A stretch of 36,886 nucleotides of DNA from Dehalococcoidales bacterium (GTDB taxonomy: Bacteria > Chloroflexota > Dehalococcoidia > Dehalococcoidales > JAQTVP01). Both the position numbers and the translations under genes were made by a program. Location of the stretch: positions 1 to 36,886 of the forward strand of contig JAQTVP010000001.1 in NCBI GenBank assembly GCA_028707015.1, given 5' to 3'. The notes under the pieces are model-generated. The model made no database searches and was not told the DNA's origin. It saw only the letters and a list, made by a program, of their open reading frames with translations. Numbering within the stretch: position 1 is the stretch's first letter; the number at the start of each line of letters is the position of its first letter. Below, piece after piece: positions 25,735 to 33,808 of this stretch.

Positions 25735-27569
25735 GGAGGTTAATAATGGCAGGAGGCTTTATGGGAAAGATCTTATTTGTAGATCTTTCAACAGGTAAAT
25801 TGAAGGATGAGCCACTGGATGAAAAACTTTGCCGTGACTTTATTGGCGGTTACGGTATTGGTGCCAGAATTATATACAGCCGGCAAAAAGCAGGTGTTGA
25901 TCCGTTAGGCCCAGAAAACACTCTTGGTTTTATGACTGGTCCACTTACCGGTACTCCCGCCCTGATGGGCGTACGCTACGCCGCAGTGGGAAAATCACCT
26001 CTAACTGGCGGTTGGGGTGATGCCAGCTCGGGAGGAGATTTTGCCCCTCATTTAAAATTCGCTGGCTATGATGGTATCTTTTTTACCGGCATATCAGATA
26101 AGCCTGTTTATCTTTTCATTGAAAGTGGAAAAGCTGAACTGAAAGATGCCAGCCACTTATGGGGAAAGGATGCTTACTACACTGAAGATACGCTACGGGA
26201 GGAATATGGTCAGCAAGCTCACGTTTCCTGCATTGGCCCATCTGCTGAAAATCTCTCGCTCATCTCATGCATTGTTACCAAGCGAGGAGCCGCCGCCGGA
26301 CGCTCTGGTATGGGTGCAGTAATGGGCTCTAAAAAACTGAAGGCAGTAGTAGTCAGAGGTAATCTTGATGTGCCCATTGCCGATTTTGATACTGCACAAA
26401 ATATTAGGGAAAAACATGTTAAAGAATTAATGGAAATAGAGTTCAGAGGAATGAAACGCTTTGAACAAATGCGTAAATATGGCACTTCCGCCTCCTCACA
26501 CCTGTCTGCCCATAGCGGAGATACCCCTGTTAAGAACTGGGGTGGAGTTGGTACTGAGGATTTACCTGAAGTTAGCGGACTAAGTGGTGATGCTATAATC
26601 GCCAATCAGGAGAGAAATGAAACCTGCTGGCACTGTCCGGCCGCCTGCGAAGGTATCATGAAAGAAGGAACCGGAGAGTATAAATATGAGGCAGGTTCTC
26701 GCCGAGCCGAATATGAGACCATCGCTGCCTTCGGGACAATGTGCCTTAATAATAATACGGAATCAATACATATGGCCAATGATATCTGCAATCGCTACGG
26801 GCTTGATACCATTTCCGCTGGTTGTGCCATTGCCTTTGCCATTGAATGTTATGAGAATGGAATCATCACCAGGGAGGATACTGAAGGTATTGAGCTTACC
26901 TGGGGTAATCATAAATCTATTGTCGCCATGACTGAGAAAATGGCAAAAAGAGAAGGCCTTGGTGATATCCTCGCTGATGGAGTCAAGGTAGCAGCTGAGA
27001 GAATTGGTAAGGGTGCTGAGCAATATGCTGTACATATTGGAGGCCAGGAACTAGGAATGCATGACCCCAAATTACGTTCTCCGATGCGCCCTGATGCTCC
27101 ATCAGCTGCCCGCTATCAGATGGATGCCACTCCAGGACGCCATACTCAAGGCTTTGGCCCCACCAGTTTCCAGGGTCACGTGGTTAATGCCACAGGACTT
27201 TGCAGTTTTGGTTATTTCGGAGTGTCTGATCCACCTGGATACATAGCTGATTCTATAAGCGCAGTTACCGGGTGGGATTTCTCCAAAGAAGAAATGCTGA
27301 AAGCCGGTGAGAGAATCGCCACTATGAGACACGTTTTTAATCTCCGTGAAGGTATAAACCCGATTGAACTACCAGTACACCCGAGAATAACCGGTAAGAT
27401 TCCCTACAAGTCAGGCCCACTTGCCGGTGTAGTTACTGATATTGAAGCCCAGAATTACTGGAATCTTGGTGCTCTGGACTGGGATAGGGTAACAACCAAG
27501 CCCAGTAAGAAAAAATTACTGGAATTAGGGCTTGATGATGTTGCTAATGAACTCTGGCCTCCTCCGGAA
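25735..27569 (+). repeat. direct repeat copy 1 (AOR paralog, homology from SD to near the stop)
   Basis: Aligns by eye with 29389-31211 from ggaggt(t/g)aataatg to cctcctccggaa. Includes a 41-nt identical run, gtaacaaccaagcccagtaagaaaaaattactggaattagg. Confidence 0.8.
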
Positions 27570-27590
27570 CCAAAATCACCCAGTAGCTAA
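25746..27590 (+). CDS. aldehyde:ferredoxin oxidoreductase (tungstopterin AOR family), copy 1
   Basis: 614 aa. N-terminal GKILFVDLSTGK, [4Fe-4S] ligands CWHCPAAC plus GLCSF, pterin motif GLDTISAG. AAGGAGG SD. Confidence 0.9.
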   Translation: MAGGFMGKILFVDLSTGKLKDEPLDEKLCRDFIGGYGIGARIIYSRQKAGVDPLGPENTLGFMTGPLTGTPALMGVRYAAVGKSPLTGGWGDASSGGDFAPHLKFAGYDGIFFTGISDKPVYLFIESGKAELKDASHLWGKDAYYTEDTLREEYGQQAHVSCIGPSAENLSLISCIVTKRGAAAGRSGMGAVMGSKKLKAVVVRGNLDVPIADFDTAQNIREKHVKELMEIEFRGMKRFEQMRKYGTSASSHLSAHSGDTPVKNWGGVGTEDLPEVSGLSGDAIIANQERNETCWHCPAACEGIMKEGTGEYKYEAGSRRAEYETIAAFGTMCLNNNTESIHMANDICNRYGLDTISAGCAIAFAIECYENGIITREDTEGIELTWGNHKSIVAMTEKMAKREGLGDILADGVKVAAERIGKGAEQYAVHIGGQELGMHDPKLRSPMRPDAPSAARYQMDATPGRHTQGFGPTSFQGHVVNATGLCSFGYFGVSDPPGYIADSISAVTGWDFSKEEMLKAGERIATMRHVFNLREGINPIELPVHPRITGKIPYKSGPLAGVVTDIEAQNYWNLGALDWDRVTTKPSKKKLLELGLDDVANELWPPPEPKSPSS

Positions 27591-27614
27591 TATTTTGCAG
27601 TAATATAACGCACA

Positions 27615-27652
27615 AAAATGCCAGATACTTATTAATAGGTATCTGGCATTTT
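27615..27652 (+). terminator. intrinsic terminator-like hairpin after AOR copy 1
   Basis: aaaatgccagatac / 10-nt loop / gtatctggcatttt is a perfect 14-bp stem with an A-tract 5' and a T-tract 3', so it could act in both directions. Confidence 0.6.
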
Positions 27653-27765
27653 AAATTAGTGATCGCCTTATTACAGAATACATCGGAGCTTTCTTACCAG
27701 CCGGTTACAAATATTAAGGTCAGCTTTAGTGCCATATCATAGTTTCTTTTACTCAAGCTTGGTCG

Positions 27766-27774
27766 TGGTATAAT
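27766..27774 (+). promoter_or_regulatory. extended -10 element (TGgTATAAT) upstream of the 49-aa ORF
   Basis: tggtataat at 27766-27774, 36 nt before the ATG at 27810. Confidence 0.3.
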
Positions 27775-27809
27775 TCCTCTAAGTCAAGTGAAAAAGAGGA
27801 AATAAGTTA

Positions 27810-27959
27810 ATGAGAAATGAAATATGGCATTTTACTAATGATTTCAATAAATTACCAGCTAGAGATGTGTTACAAAATATCCTTAGAGATGACAGATGGA
27901 ATTATGACAAAGCAGAATTGGAACTAAGTCAAGATATCAAACTATTGGGTTTTCCGTAA
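27810..27959 (+). CDS. hypothetical 49-aa protein (below the ORF-track cutoff)
   Basis: My translation: MRNEIWHFTNDFNKLPARDVLQNILRDDRWNYDKAELELSQDIKLLGFP*. AGAGGA SD 8 nt upstream, and an extended -10 further upstream. Confidence 0.3.
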   Translation: MRNEIWHFTNDFNKLPARDVLQNILRDDRWNYDKAELELSQDIKLLGFP

Positions 27960-28019
27960 TCTTGGTTGTTACTATTTTACTTTTTGTGTTCATGACAGTT
28001 AGCACTATTTATGGACAAT

Positions 28020-28403
28020 CTAAACTCCGAGTTTCTTGTTTATTATTCCAGTAAGTACGGCTATCAATACTTGGAGAGACGCACCACCAATTTTGTTTAT
28101 TGTGTCCTTTGCAGTATTCCATGTGTGATTCTCACGAGCAAGGTCTAAAAATTCATATCCTTGCCAAGTTAAGTTAATAATTCTTGCCCTTGGGCTTTTG
28201 GTTTGGTCGCTAAAATCTGTTAAATCAACTACTGTAGCTAAACCAGCTTGCCCTAGCAGGAAAATATGATAGTTTATTTCTTCTTGGGTGTAGTTAGGAA
28301 TCTCCATTTGCATCTGTGGTGCAAAACCGTGAATGTCTGATTCGGCTTTCAGAAGTATTGCCCTTATTAAATCCATATCTCGTTTCATAATAGTACAAAG
28401 CAT
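28020..28403 (-). CDS. DUF2513-like winged-helix protein
   Basis: 127 aa. MKRDMDLIRAILLKAE... matches the characteristic N-terminus I remember for DUF2513. A strong GGGGG SD lies 8 nt before the ATG at 28403. Confidence 0.6.
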   Translation of the reverse strand: MLCTIMKRDMDLIRAILLKAESDIHGFAPQMQMEIPNYTQEEINYHIFLLGQAGLATVVDLTDFSDQTKSPRARIINLTWQGYEFLDLARENHTWNTAKDTINKIGGASLQVLIAVLTGIINKKLGV

Positions 28404-28416
28404 ATCATATTCCCCC

Positions 28417-28611
28417 TTATCGTTTCACGTTATTAAGGAATATAGTATAATGTGACTGGGATTGGGATAGTAAATATGGTGGAGCGGAAGACTTGTATAA
28501 GTAGTCCGAGCCGAGAGAGAAGAGTGAGTTTTCTTTCTGTGTTTCTTCCCAACCATATTGGACAATTAGGCACAATCTGTCACTTTTTATACTCTTTTCG
28601 CTATAAAACAT
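28417..28611 (-). CDS. possible 64-aa hypothetical protein upstream of the DUF2513-like gene
   Basis: The internal ATG of track ORF 28417-28629 is preceded by AGAGG at 6-nt spacing. The stop lies 13 nt before the next start. No recognisable family. It competes with an overlapping plus-strand ORF. Confidence 0.25.
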   Translation of the reverse strand: MFYSEKSIKSDRLCLIVQYGWEETQKENSLFSLGSDYLYKSSAPPYLLSQSQSHYTIFLNNVKR

Positions 28612-28652
28612 TATTACCTCTTTTACCAACTAAAATTGCGTAAAGGGAACTA

Positions 28653-29339
28653 TTGGATAATGCAATAGTCTTATATTTAGAATCACTACAGGCGGCCTTT
28701 CGGTTCGTAGACAAGTGGAAAGAGAATATTTCTACTCGAGCAGCGATAGCAATGTTAATATCTACTCTAAACTATGTCCTTCTTGCAAGACACGGGATAT
28801 TGCTAGGTTATTATCCAGAAGTTCAGGATTTACTTAGAAGTTGTTATGAACGAACTTACAGATGTTATCTCTTTTTTAATAATTATAAATTCGCCCGTAA
28901 ATTTCTTGAAGGTAAACAAATATCTCAATCGACTGTAGATAAAGAAGTGAGCAATATAGCAAAAGATATGAATAAAAGAGACGAACTTTTGAATAATCTT
29001 AGGAAATACTATGGGTTTTTATCTACAGTTGCACATCCCAATTTAAAGTCATTTCAAGCTCGTTATGGAATTAAAGAAATAAATGAAAGGGTAGGATTAG
29101 TATGTGTATTTGGGGGTTTGATGGGCTTGGAATTAGGGCATGTTTCGATTATCAGAATACTACAGACTACATTGAGTGCACTTAGGATTTTGGGAATCAT
29201 CATCCACGACGAAACAGGAAGCTGGGATAAAGAATTCCAAATAATCAGCAAGAAATGCGATGAAATGATTGTCAATCTTCCTATTAGGGATATAAATTTA
29301 GTTATTATGAAACAACCAAGATTAACTAGAGCCTCATAA
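28653..29339 (+). CDS. hypothetical 228-aa all-helical-looking protein (vaguely DUF5677-like)
   Basis: TTG start with AAGGGA SD. The pattern ..LLRSCYER...C.LFF.N......FLEG ... Y.FLSTVAHPN reminds me of DUF5677-type proteins. No catalytic motif recognised. Confidence 0.5.
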   Translation: MDNAIVLYLESLQAAFRFVDKWKENISTRAAIAMLISTLNYVLLARHGILLGYYPEVQDLLRSCYERTYRCYLFFNNYKFARKFLEGKQISQSTVDKEVSNIAKDMNKRDELLNNLRKYYGFLSTVAHPNLKSFQARYGIKEINERVGLVCVFGGLMGLELGHVSIIRILQTTLSALRILGIIIHDETGSWDKEFQIISKKCDEMIVNLPIRDINLVIMKQPRLTRAS

Positions 29340-29348
29340 TGATCTTCA

Positions 29349-29378
29349 TTGACAAATTAATTCTATTTAAAGTATATT
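29349..29378 (+). promoter_or_regulatory. sigma70-like promoter candidate for AOR copy 2
   Basis: TTGACA (29349-29354), 18-nt spacer, TATATT (29373-29378). Confidence 0.4.
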
Positions 29379-29388
29379 TGAAAAAAAT

Positions 29389-31211
29389 GGAGGTGAATAA
29401 TGACAGGTGGCTATATTGGAAAGACACTATTTGTGGATCTTTCCAAAGGCGAATTAAAAGATGAAGTCCTTGATGAAAAGATTAATCGCGACTTTATCGG
29501 TGGTTATGGCGTTGGTGCTAGAATACTCCATGACCGGCAAAAAGCCGGAGTTGACCCATTAGGTCCAGAGAATACCCTTGGTTTCATAAGTGGCCCTCTC
29601 AGTGGAACTCCTACTCCTTTCGGTTCCAGATATGGGGTTGTTATCGGGAAATCACCTCTAACCGGAGGATGGGGGGATGCTAATTCAGGAGGCGATTTTG
29701 GTCCGCATTTGAAATTCGCAGGTTATGACGGCATCTTTATAACCGGTGCCTCCGAAAAACCAGTTTACCTTTTTATAAATGATGGTAAAGCAGAGCTCAA
29801 AGATGCTTCTCATCTATGGGGAAAGGATACTTCTGACACAGAGGATATGCTTAAGGCTGAACTAGGAAAAGAAGTAAGAGTAGCCAGTATTGGACCCGCT
29901 GGAGAAAAATTATCACTAATCTCTGGCATTATGAATAATAAATGGAGAGCAGCCGCTCGCTCTGGTGTTGGAGCTGTCATGGGATCAAAGAAGTTGAAAG
30001 CAGTAGCCGTATTAGGGACTTCTGCAGTACCCATAGCTGATACAGAGAAACTTAGGACCTTAAGACGAGAATTTTTAGCCAAGATGACAGGTCCAATAGT
30101 TGATATGTTCAGAAAATATGGAACTGCTGGCATGACTGCCGCAAGCGCTCACAGTGGTGATTCTCCAGTGAAAAACTGGGATGGTATCGGTATTAGGGAC
30201 TATCCTAATGCCAACCTTGTGAGTGATGACCATGTTATTGATAATTTAGAAAGTGGCTATGGCTGTTACCGTTGCCCGCTTGCCTGTGGCGGACACATGA
30301 AGGCTGGTAAAGGAGAATATAAGTACCTGGATGGCACCAAGAAACCTGAATATGAAACACTGTGTACCTTTGGTGCCATGTGCCTCAATGATAATGTTGA
30401 TTCAATAATTATGGCCAATGACATATGTAATCGCTACGGGCTTGATACCATCTCTGCTGGATGTGTCATCGCTTTTGCCATTGAATGCTATGAAAATGGA
30501 ATCATTACCAAAGAGGATACCGAAGGTATTGAACTTACTTGGGGTAATCATAAATCTATCGTCGCCATGACCGAAAAAATGGCAAAGAGAGAAGGCCTTG
30601 GTGATATTCTCGCTGATGGCGTCAAAGTAGCGGCAGAGAAAATCGGCAAAGGTGCCGAGCAATACGCCATACACATTGGAGGTCAAGAATTGGGAATGCA
30701 CGACCCCAAATTTAGATCCCCAATGCGCCCTGATGCTCCCGCAGCTGCCCGATACCAGATGGATGCCACTCCAGGCCGCCATACTCAAGGTTTTGGTCCC
30801 AGCGGCTTTCAAGGCCATATTATTAACTCAGCTGGTCTTTGTATGTTCGCCGGCATCGTTGGCGGAGAAGAATACATTAAAAACATTGCGGAATTCATGA
30901 GTGCAATAACTGGCTGGGATATTACCGAAAAAGAAATACTTAAAGCAGCGGAAAGAATTGCCAATATGAGACACGTAATGACCCTGCGCGAAGGTATAAA
31001 CCCGCTGGAGTTACCAGTACACCCAAGGATTATTGGTAATCCTCCACAAGAGGAAGGTCCACTGGCTGGGGTAACAGCTGATAGTGATGCACAGAATTAC
31101 TGGAACCTTGGTGCCTTGGACTGGGATAGAGTAACAACCAAGCCCAGTAAGAAAAAATTACTGGAATTAGGACTTGATGATATCGCTAATGAACTCTGGC
31201 CTCCTCCGGAA
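29389..31211 (+). repeat. direct repeat copy 2 (AOR paralog)
   Basis: See copy 1 (25735-27569). Confidence 0.8.
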
Positions 31212-31235
31212 ACTGATAAGCCAAGCGGAAGCTAA
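29400..31235 (+). CDS. aldehyde:ferredoxin oxidoreductase (tungstopterin AOR family), copy 2
   Basis: 611 aa. GKTLFVDLSKGE, CYRCPLAC plus GLCMF cluster ligands, GLDTISAG. Confidence 0.9.
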   Translation: MTGGYIGKTLFVDLSKGELKDEVLDEKINRDFIGGYGVGARILHDRQKAGVDPLGPENTLGFISGPLSGTPTPFGSRYGVVIGKSPLTGGWGDANSGGDFGPHLKFAGYDGIFITGASEKPVYLFINDGKAELKDASHLWGKDTSDTEDMLKAELGKEVRVASIGPAGEKLSLISGIMNNKWRAAARSGVGAVMGSKKLKAVAVLGTSAVPIADTEKLRTLRREFLAKMTGPIVDMFRKYGTAGMTAASAHSGDSPVKNWDGIGIRDYPNANLVSDDHVIDNLESGYGCYRCPLACGGHMKAGKGEYKYLDGTKKPEYETLCTFGAMCLNDNVDSIIMANDICNRYGLDTISAGCVIAFAIECYENGIITKEDTEGIELTWGNHKSIVAMTEKMAKREGLGDILADGVKVAAEKIGKGAEQYAIHIGGQELGMHDPKFRSPMRPDAPAAARYQMDATPGRHTQGFGPSGFQGHIINSAGLCMFAGIVGGEEYIKNIAEFMSAITGWDITEKEILKAAERIANMRHVMTLREGINPLELPVHPRIIGNPPQEEGPLAGVTADSDAQNYWNLGALDWDRVTTKPSKKKLLELGLDDIANELWPPPETDKPSGS

Positions 31236-31320
31236 GATTTCATTTGTACTTTGGAGATAATTAATTTTTACTAATTCCCCATAAAAGAATAATGTAGAGC
31301 AAAAAGGGGATGGTAGAGCT

Positions 31321-31602
31321 ATGGCTAGATATGTTGTAGAGCTGTTCGGGTTACCTAATGAGATAACAGATTTACGAAAGATAGAAATTAGTCTAAAGGA
31401 TAAACCAAAGTTAGTTGATGTTATCTCCGTACTAAGACGTGAAATTCCGGCACTGGAAGGACAGGTTATTCGCTCTGGAGAGAACCGGTTGGTTGAACAC
31501 TGCGCATTTAATATTAATGGGCATTTCTACTCAGGAGACCATGAGGTTCAGCTTCAGGAAGATGATCAAATTGCTCTCCTGACTCTTGCTACCGGAGGAT
31601 AA
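31321..31602 (+). CDS. MoaD/ThiS-family ubiquitin-like sulfur carrier
   Basis: 93 aa ending in ..LATGG*. The C-terminal Gly-Gly and the size fit MoaD/ThiS. Lies adjacent to pterin-dependent AORs. Confidence 0.7.
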   Translation: MARYVVELFGLPNEITDLRKIEISLKDKPKLVDVISVLRREIPALEGQVIRSGENRLVEHCAFNINGHFYSGDHEVQLQEDDQIALLTLATGG

Positions 31603-31635
31603 TTTTCATAATCAATAATTAGATGTTACATAGAA

Positions 31636-31663
31636 AAGGGGAAGTGAATACTCGCTTCCCCTT
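31636..31663 (-). terminator. terminator hairpin between the convergent moaD-like gene and rpsI
   Basis: aaggggaagtga / atac / tcgcttcccctt is a 12-bp stem with one G-U. On the minus strand it is followed by TTTTCT, so it best fits termination of the ribosomal operon. Confidence 0.55.
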
Positions 31664-31728
31664 AAATTTATTTGTAATCTGACAACAATCAGCTCACCAA
31701 ACTCAAGAAACACAGCCCTGTTACTATT

Positions 31729-32130
31729 CTAACGCTTGGTATACTGAGGTGCTTTACGTGCCCGTTTGAGTCCCGGTTTCTTTCTTTCTTTAACACGGGA
31801 ATCCCGGGTAAGCAAACCTTCCCTACGCAGTATCGGTCTAAGATTTTCATCAGCTTTTACCAAAGCCCGGGCAATTCCATGAGAAATAGCTCCACTCTGC
31901 CCCGAGATACCGCCTCCGGCAACCTTAACCGTAACGTTATACTTGTCAGCATTATCAGTAACCTGAAGAGGTCTCATTATCATTCGGCGGTGCTGAGGAC
32001 GAGTATAAATGTCCTCATAAGTCACACCATTTATAATAATGGTACCACTGCCTGACAGTAATCTCACCTGAGCTACAGCTTCTTTACGCCTACCTGTCCC
32101 CTGAATATAATTTGTTTTTTCCATTTGCAT
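31729..32130 (-). CDS. rpsI: 30S ribosomal protein S9
   Basis: GTGRRKEAVAQVRL ... C-terminal RKKPGLKRARKAPQYTKR. Confidence 0.95.
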   Translation of the reverse strand: MQMEKTNYIQGTGRRKEAVAQVRLLSGSGTIIINGVTYEDIYTRPQHRRMIMRPLQVTDNADKYNVTVKVAGGGISGQSGAISHGIARALVKADENLRPILRREGLLTRDSRVKERKKPGLKRARKAPQYTKR

Positions 32131-32201
32131 CCTGTTTATTTACTTTTTTATTAGCCATCTTTCTATCTTGATATATTCTCCCTAAGAAAATCCATAATTT
32201 C

Positions 32202-32624
32202 TTAGGAGTTAACCTTTACCTGAGCCAGGTGCGGGTGAGAATCACCAACATAGATCCTAAGCTTCTTCATCATACTAGCACCCAGACGATTATGAGGCAA
32301 CATACCCTTTACGGCATGCTCAATCACCCTGGTAGGATGAGTCTCCATCATTTTATCTAAACTGATACTTCTAAATCCTCCCGGATATCCGGAATGACGA
32401 TAATATAGTTTTTGCTCCATTTTATTGCCAGTAACAACAATTTTATCAGCATTGATAATAACAACATAATCACCTGTATCCATATTACGACTGAATATTG
32501 GTTTATGTTTACCCATGAGTAAGGTAGCCACCCTAGTAGCCAACTTACCCAAGATTTCGCCAGAGGCATCAATAACATGCCACTCTCGCTTAACATCAGA
32601 TATTTTCGTACTATATGTTTTCAT
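32202..32624 (-). CDS. rplM: 50S ribosomal protein L13
   Basis: W.VIDA.G..LG.LA..VA..L.GKHKP, YYRHSGYPGG. Confidence 0.95.
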   Translation of the reverse strand: MKTYSTKISDVKREWHVIDASGEILGKLATRVATLLMGKHKPIFSRNMDTGDYVVIINADKIVVTGNKMEQKLYYRHSGYPGGFRSISLDKMMETHPTRVIEHAVKGMLPHNRLGASMMKKLRIYVGDSHPHLAQVKVNS

Positions 32625-33394
32625 TACATTTCTTCCCCAAAAGACTGCGAATAATTAACCTGCATAAGGCATAAACCTTGAGCCGGAGCTGTTGGTCCAG
32701 CCAGTGCACGTTTCCTCTTGCTAATTATACTACAAAATTCTTCGACCTTCATCTTACCCAAGCCAACTCTAACTAGTGATCCTACTGTATTACGTACCTG
32801 ATGGGGTAAAAAAGCGCTAGCTACTATATTAAAAATAACTAACTCATTATCTTTTTTCACCTCGGCACTATACACCCTCCGTATTGTATTCATCATACCA
32901 GCTTCTTTAGAAGAGGCAAATGAGATAAAGTCATGTTCACCAACAAGAAACTCACACGCCCGATTCATAGCTCCAATATCCAGATAACCCCCCACCCGAT
33001 AAGAATAACCTGCCCTGATTGGAGAGCGCGTCCAACTATTTAATATATAATACTTATATTCCCTGTTTCTAGCATCATGCCTAACATTAAAATTACTATT
33101 TACCTTATATACTGCCTTAACTGCAATATCCAGAGGTAAATAAAAATTCAACCCGTGAATAAATCTCTCTACTTCAAGAGATGATTCAGTCCAAAAACTA
33201 ATTACTTGACCTTTAGCATGCACTCCGGCATCAGTGCGGCCAGCTCCCATCACTCGTATATTCTCTTTAGTTAGTTGCCACAGTGCCTTTTCTATTTCCC
33301 CTTGAATGGTAGGTAAACCAACTTGTAACTGAAAACCATAGTAGCAAGTACCATCATACTCGATAATTAAAGCCATCTTGGTAGCCATTACCAA
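32624..33394 (-). CDS. truA: tRNA pseudouridine(38-40) synthase
   Basis: ALIIEYDGT.Y.GFQ.Q, GAGRTDAGVHA (catalytic Asp). The stop overlaps the rplM start by 1 nt. The true start may be a few codons downstream. Confidence 0.9.
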   Translation of the reverse strand: MVMATKMALIIEYDGTCYYGFQLQVGLPTIQGEIEKALWQLTKENIRVMGAGRTDAGVHAKGQVISFWTESSLEVERFIHGLNFYLPLDIAVKAVYKVNSNFNVRHDARNREYKYYILNSWTRSPIRAGYSYRVGGYLDIGAMNRACEFLVGEHDFISFASSKEAGMMNTIRRVYSAEVKKDNELVIFNIVASAFLPHQVRNTVGSLVRVGLGKMKVEEFCSIISKRKRALAGPTAPAQGLCLMQVNYSQSFGEEM

Positions 33395-33414
33395 TCTGTA
33401 TAGTCAGCCTTTCG

Positions 33415-33768
33415 CTATTTTACCAGCTCCAGTTGTACCATAGCTGCTCCATCACCCAATCTAGGCCCTAATTTATTAATACGAGTATAGCCACCAGAAC
33501 GCTCTGCATATCTATCACTGAGTTCAGAAAAAACTTTGTCCACTACCTTTTTATCAAACATATATGACACTACCTGGCGCAATGAAGCCAGCTCACCTTT
33601 TTTACCTAATGTAATCATCTTCTCAGCCAAGCCGCGCACTTCCTTAGCTTTAGCTTCGGTAGTTATAATTTTTTCATAATTCAAAAGGTCAGTCACCAAA
33701 TTACGATACATTGCTATCCTGTGACTCGTATCTCTGCCAAATTTTCTCCCAGCTATTTTATGTCTCAT
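33415..33768 (-). CDS. rplQ: 50S ribosomal protein L17
   Basis: [22 protein letters not shown]...L......I.TT..KAKE.R. Confidence 0.95.
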   Translation of the reverse strand: MRHKIAGRKFGRDTSHRIAMYRNLVTDLLNYEKIITTEAKAKEVRGLAEKMITLGKKGELASLRQVVSYMFDKKVVDKVFSELSDRYAERSGGYTRINKLGPRLGDGAAMVQLELVK

Positions 33769-33808
33769 GTTTTCCTTACCTTATACACATCAAGTGAAAC
33801 TATTATTA

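Noticed and set aside
26219-26605. Antisense ORFs inside the AOR genes (26219-26605, 26763-27035, 29810-30133, 30402-30818) and similar ones inside acd, nusB, tldD, pmbA, mtnA, mtnP, metK and ribosomal genes (e.g. 1599-1859, 4596-4988, 35395-35601, 35663-35959)
   Set aside because: All are fully embedded opposite strongly supported conserved genes. They lack SD sequences and translate to low-complexity products. The parallel occurrence in both AOR copies just reflects the shared sequence.
28452-28643. 63-aa plus-strand ORF in the islet's divergent region
   Set aside because: It overlaps the better-supported minus-strand small ORF, which has an SD and operonic spacing. The product looks non-protein-like (Ser/Leu/Pro-rich), and I see no SD. 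I kept it only as part of the ambiguous-region finding.
27591-29399. The islet as an insertion sequence, MITE or integrative element
   Set aside because: It has no transposase, integrase or recombinase ORF. I found no terminal inverted repeats or flanking direct repeats by eye, and there is no tRNA target.
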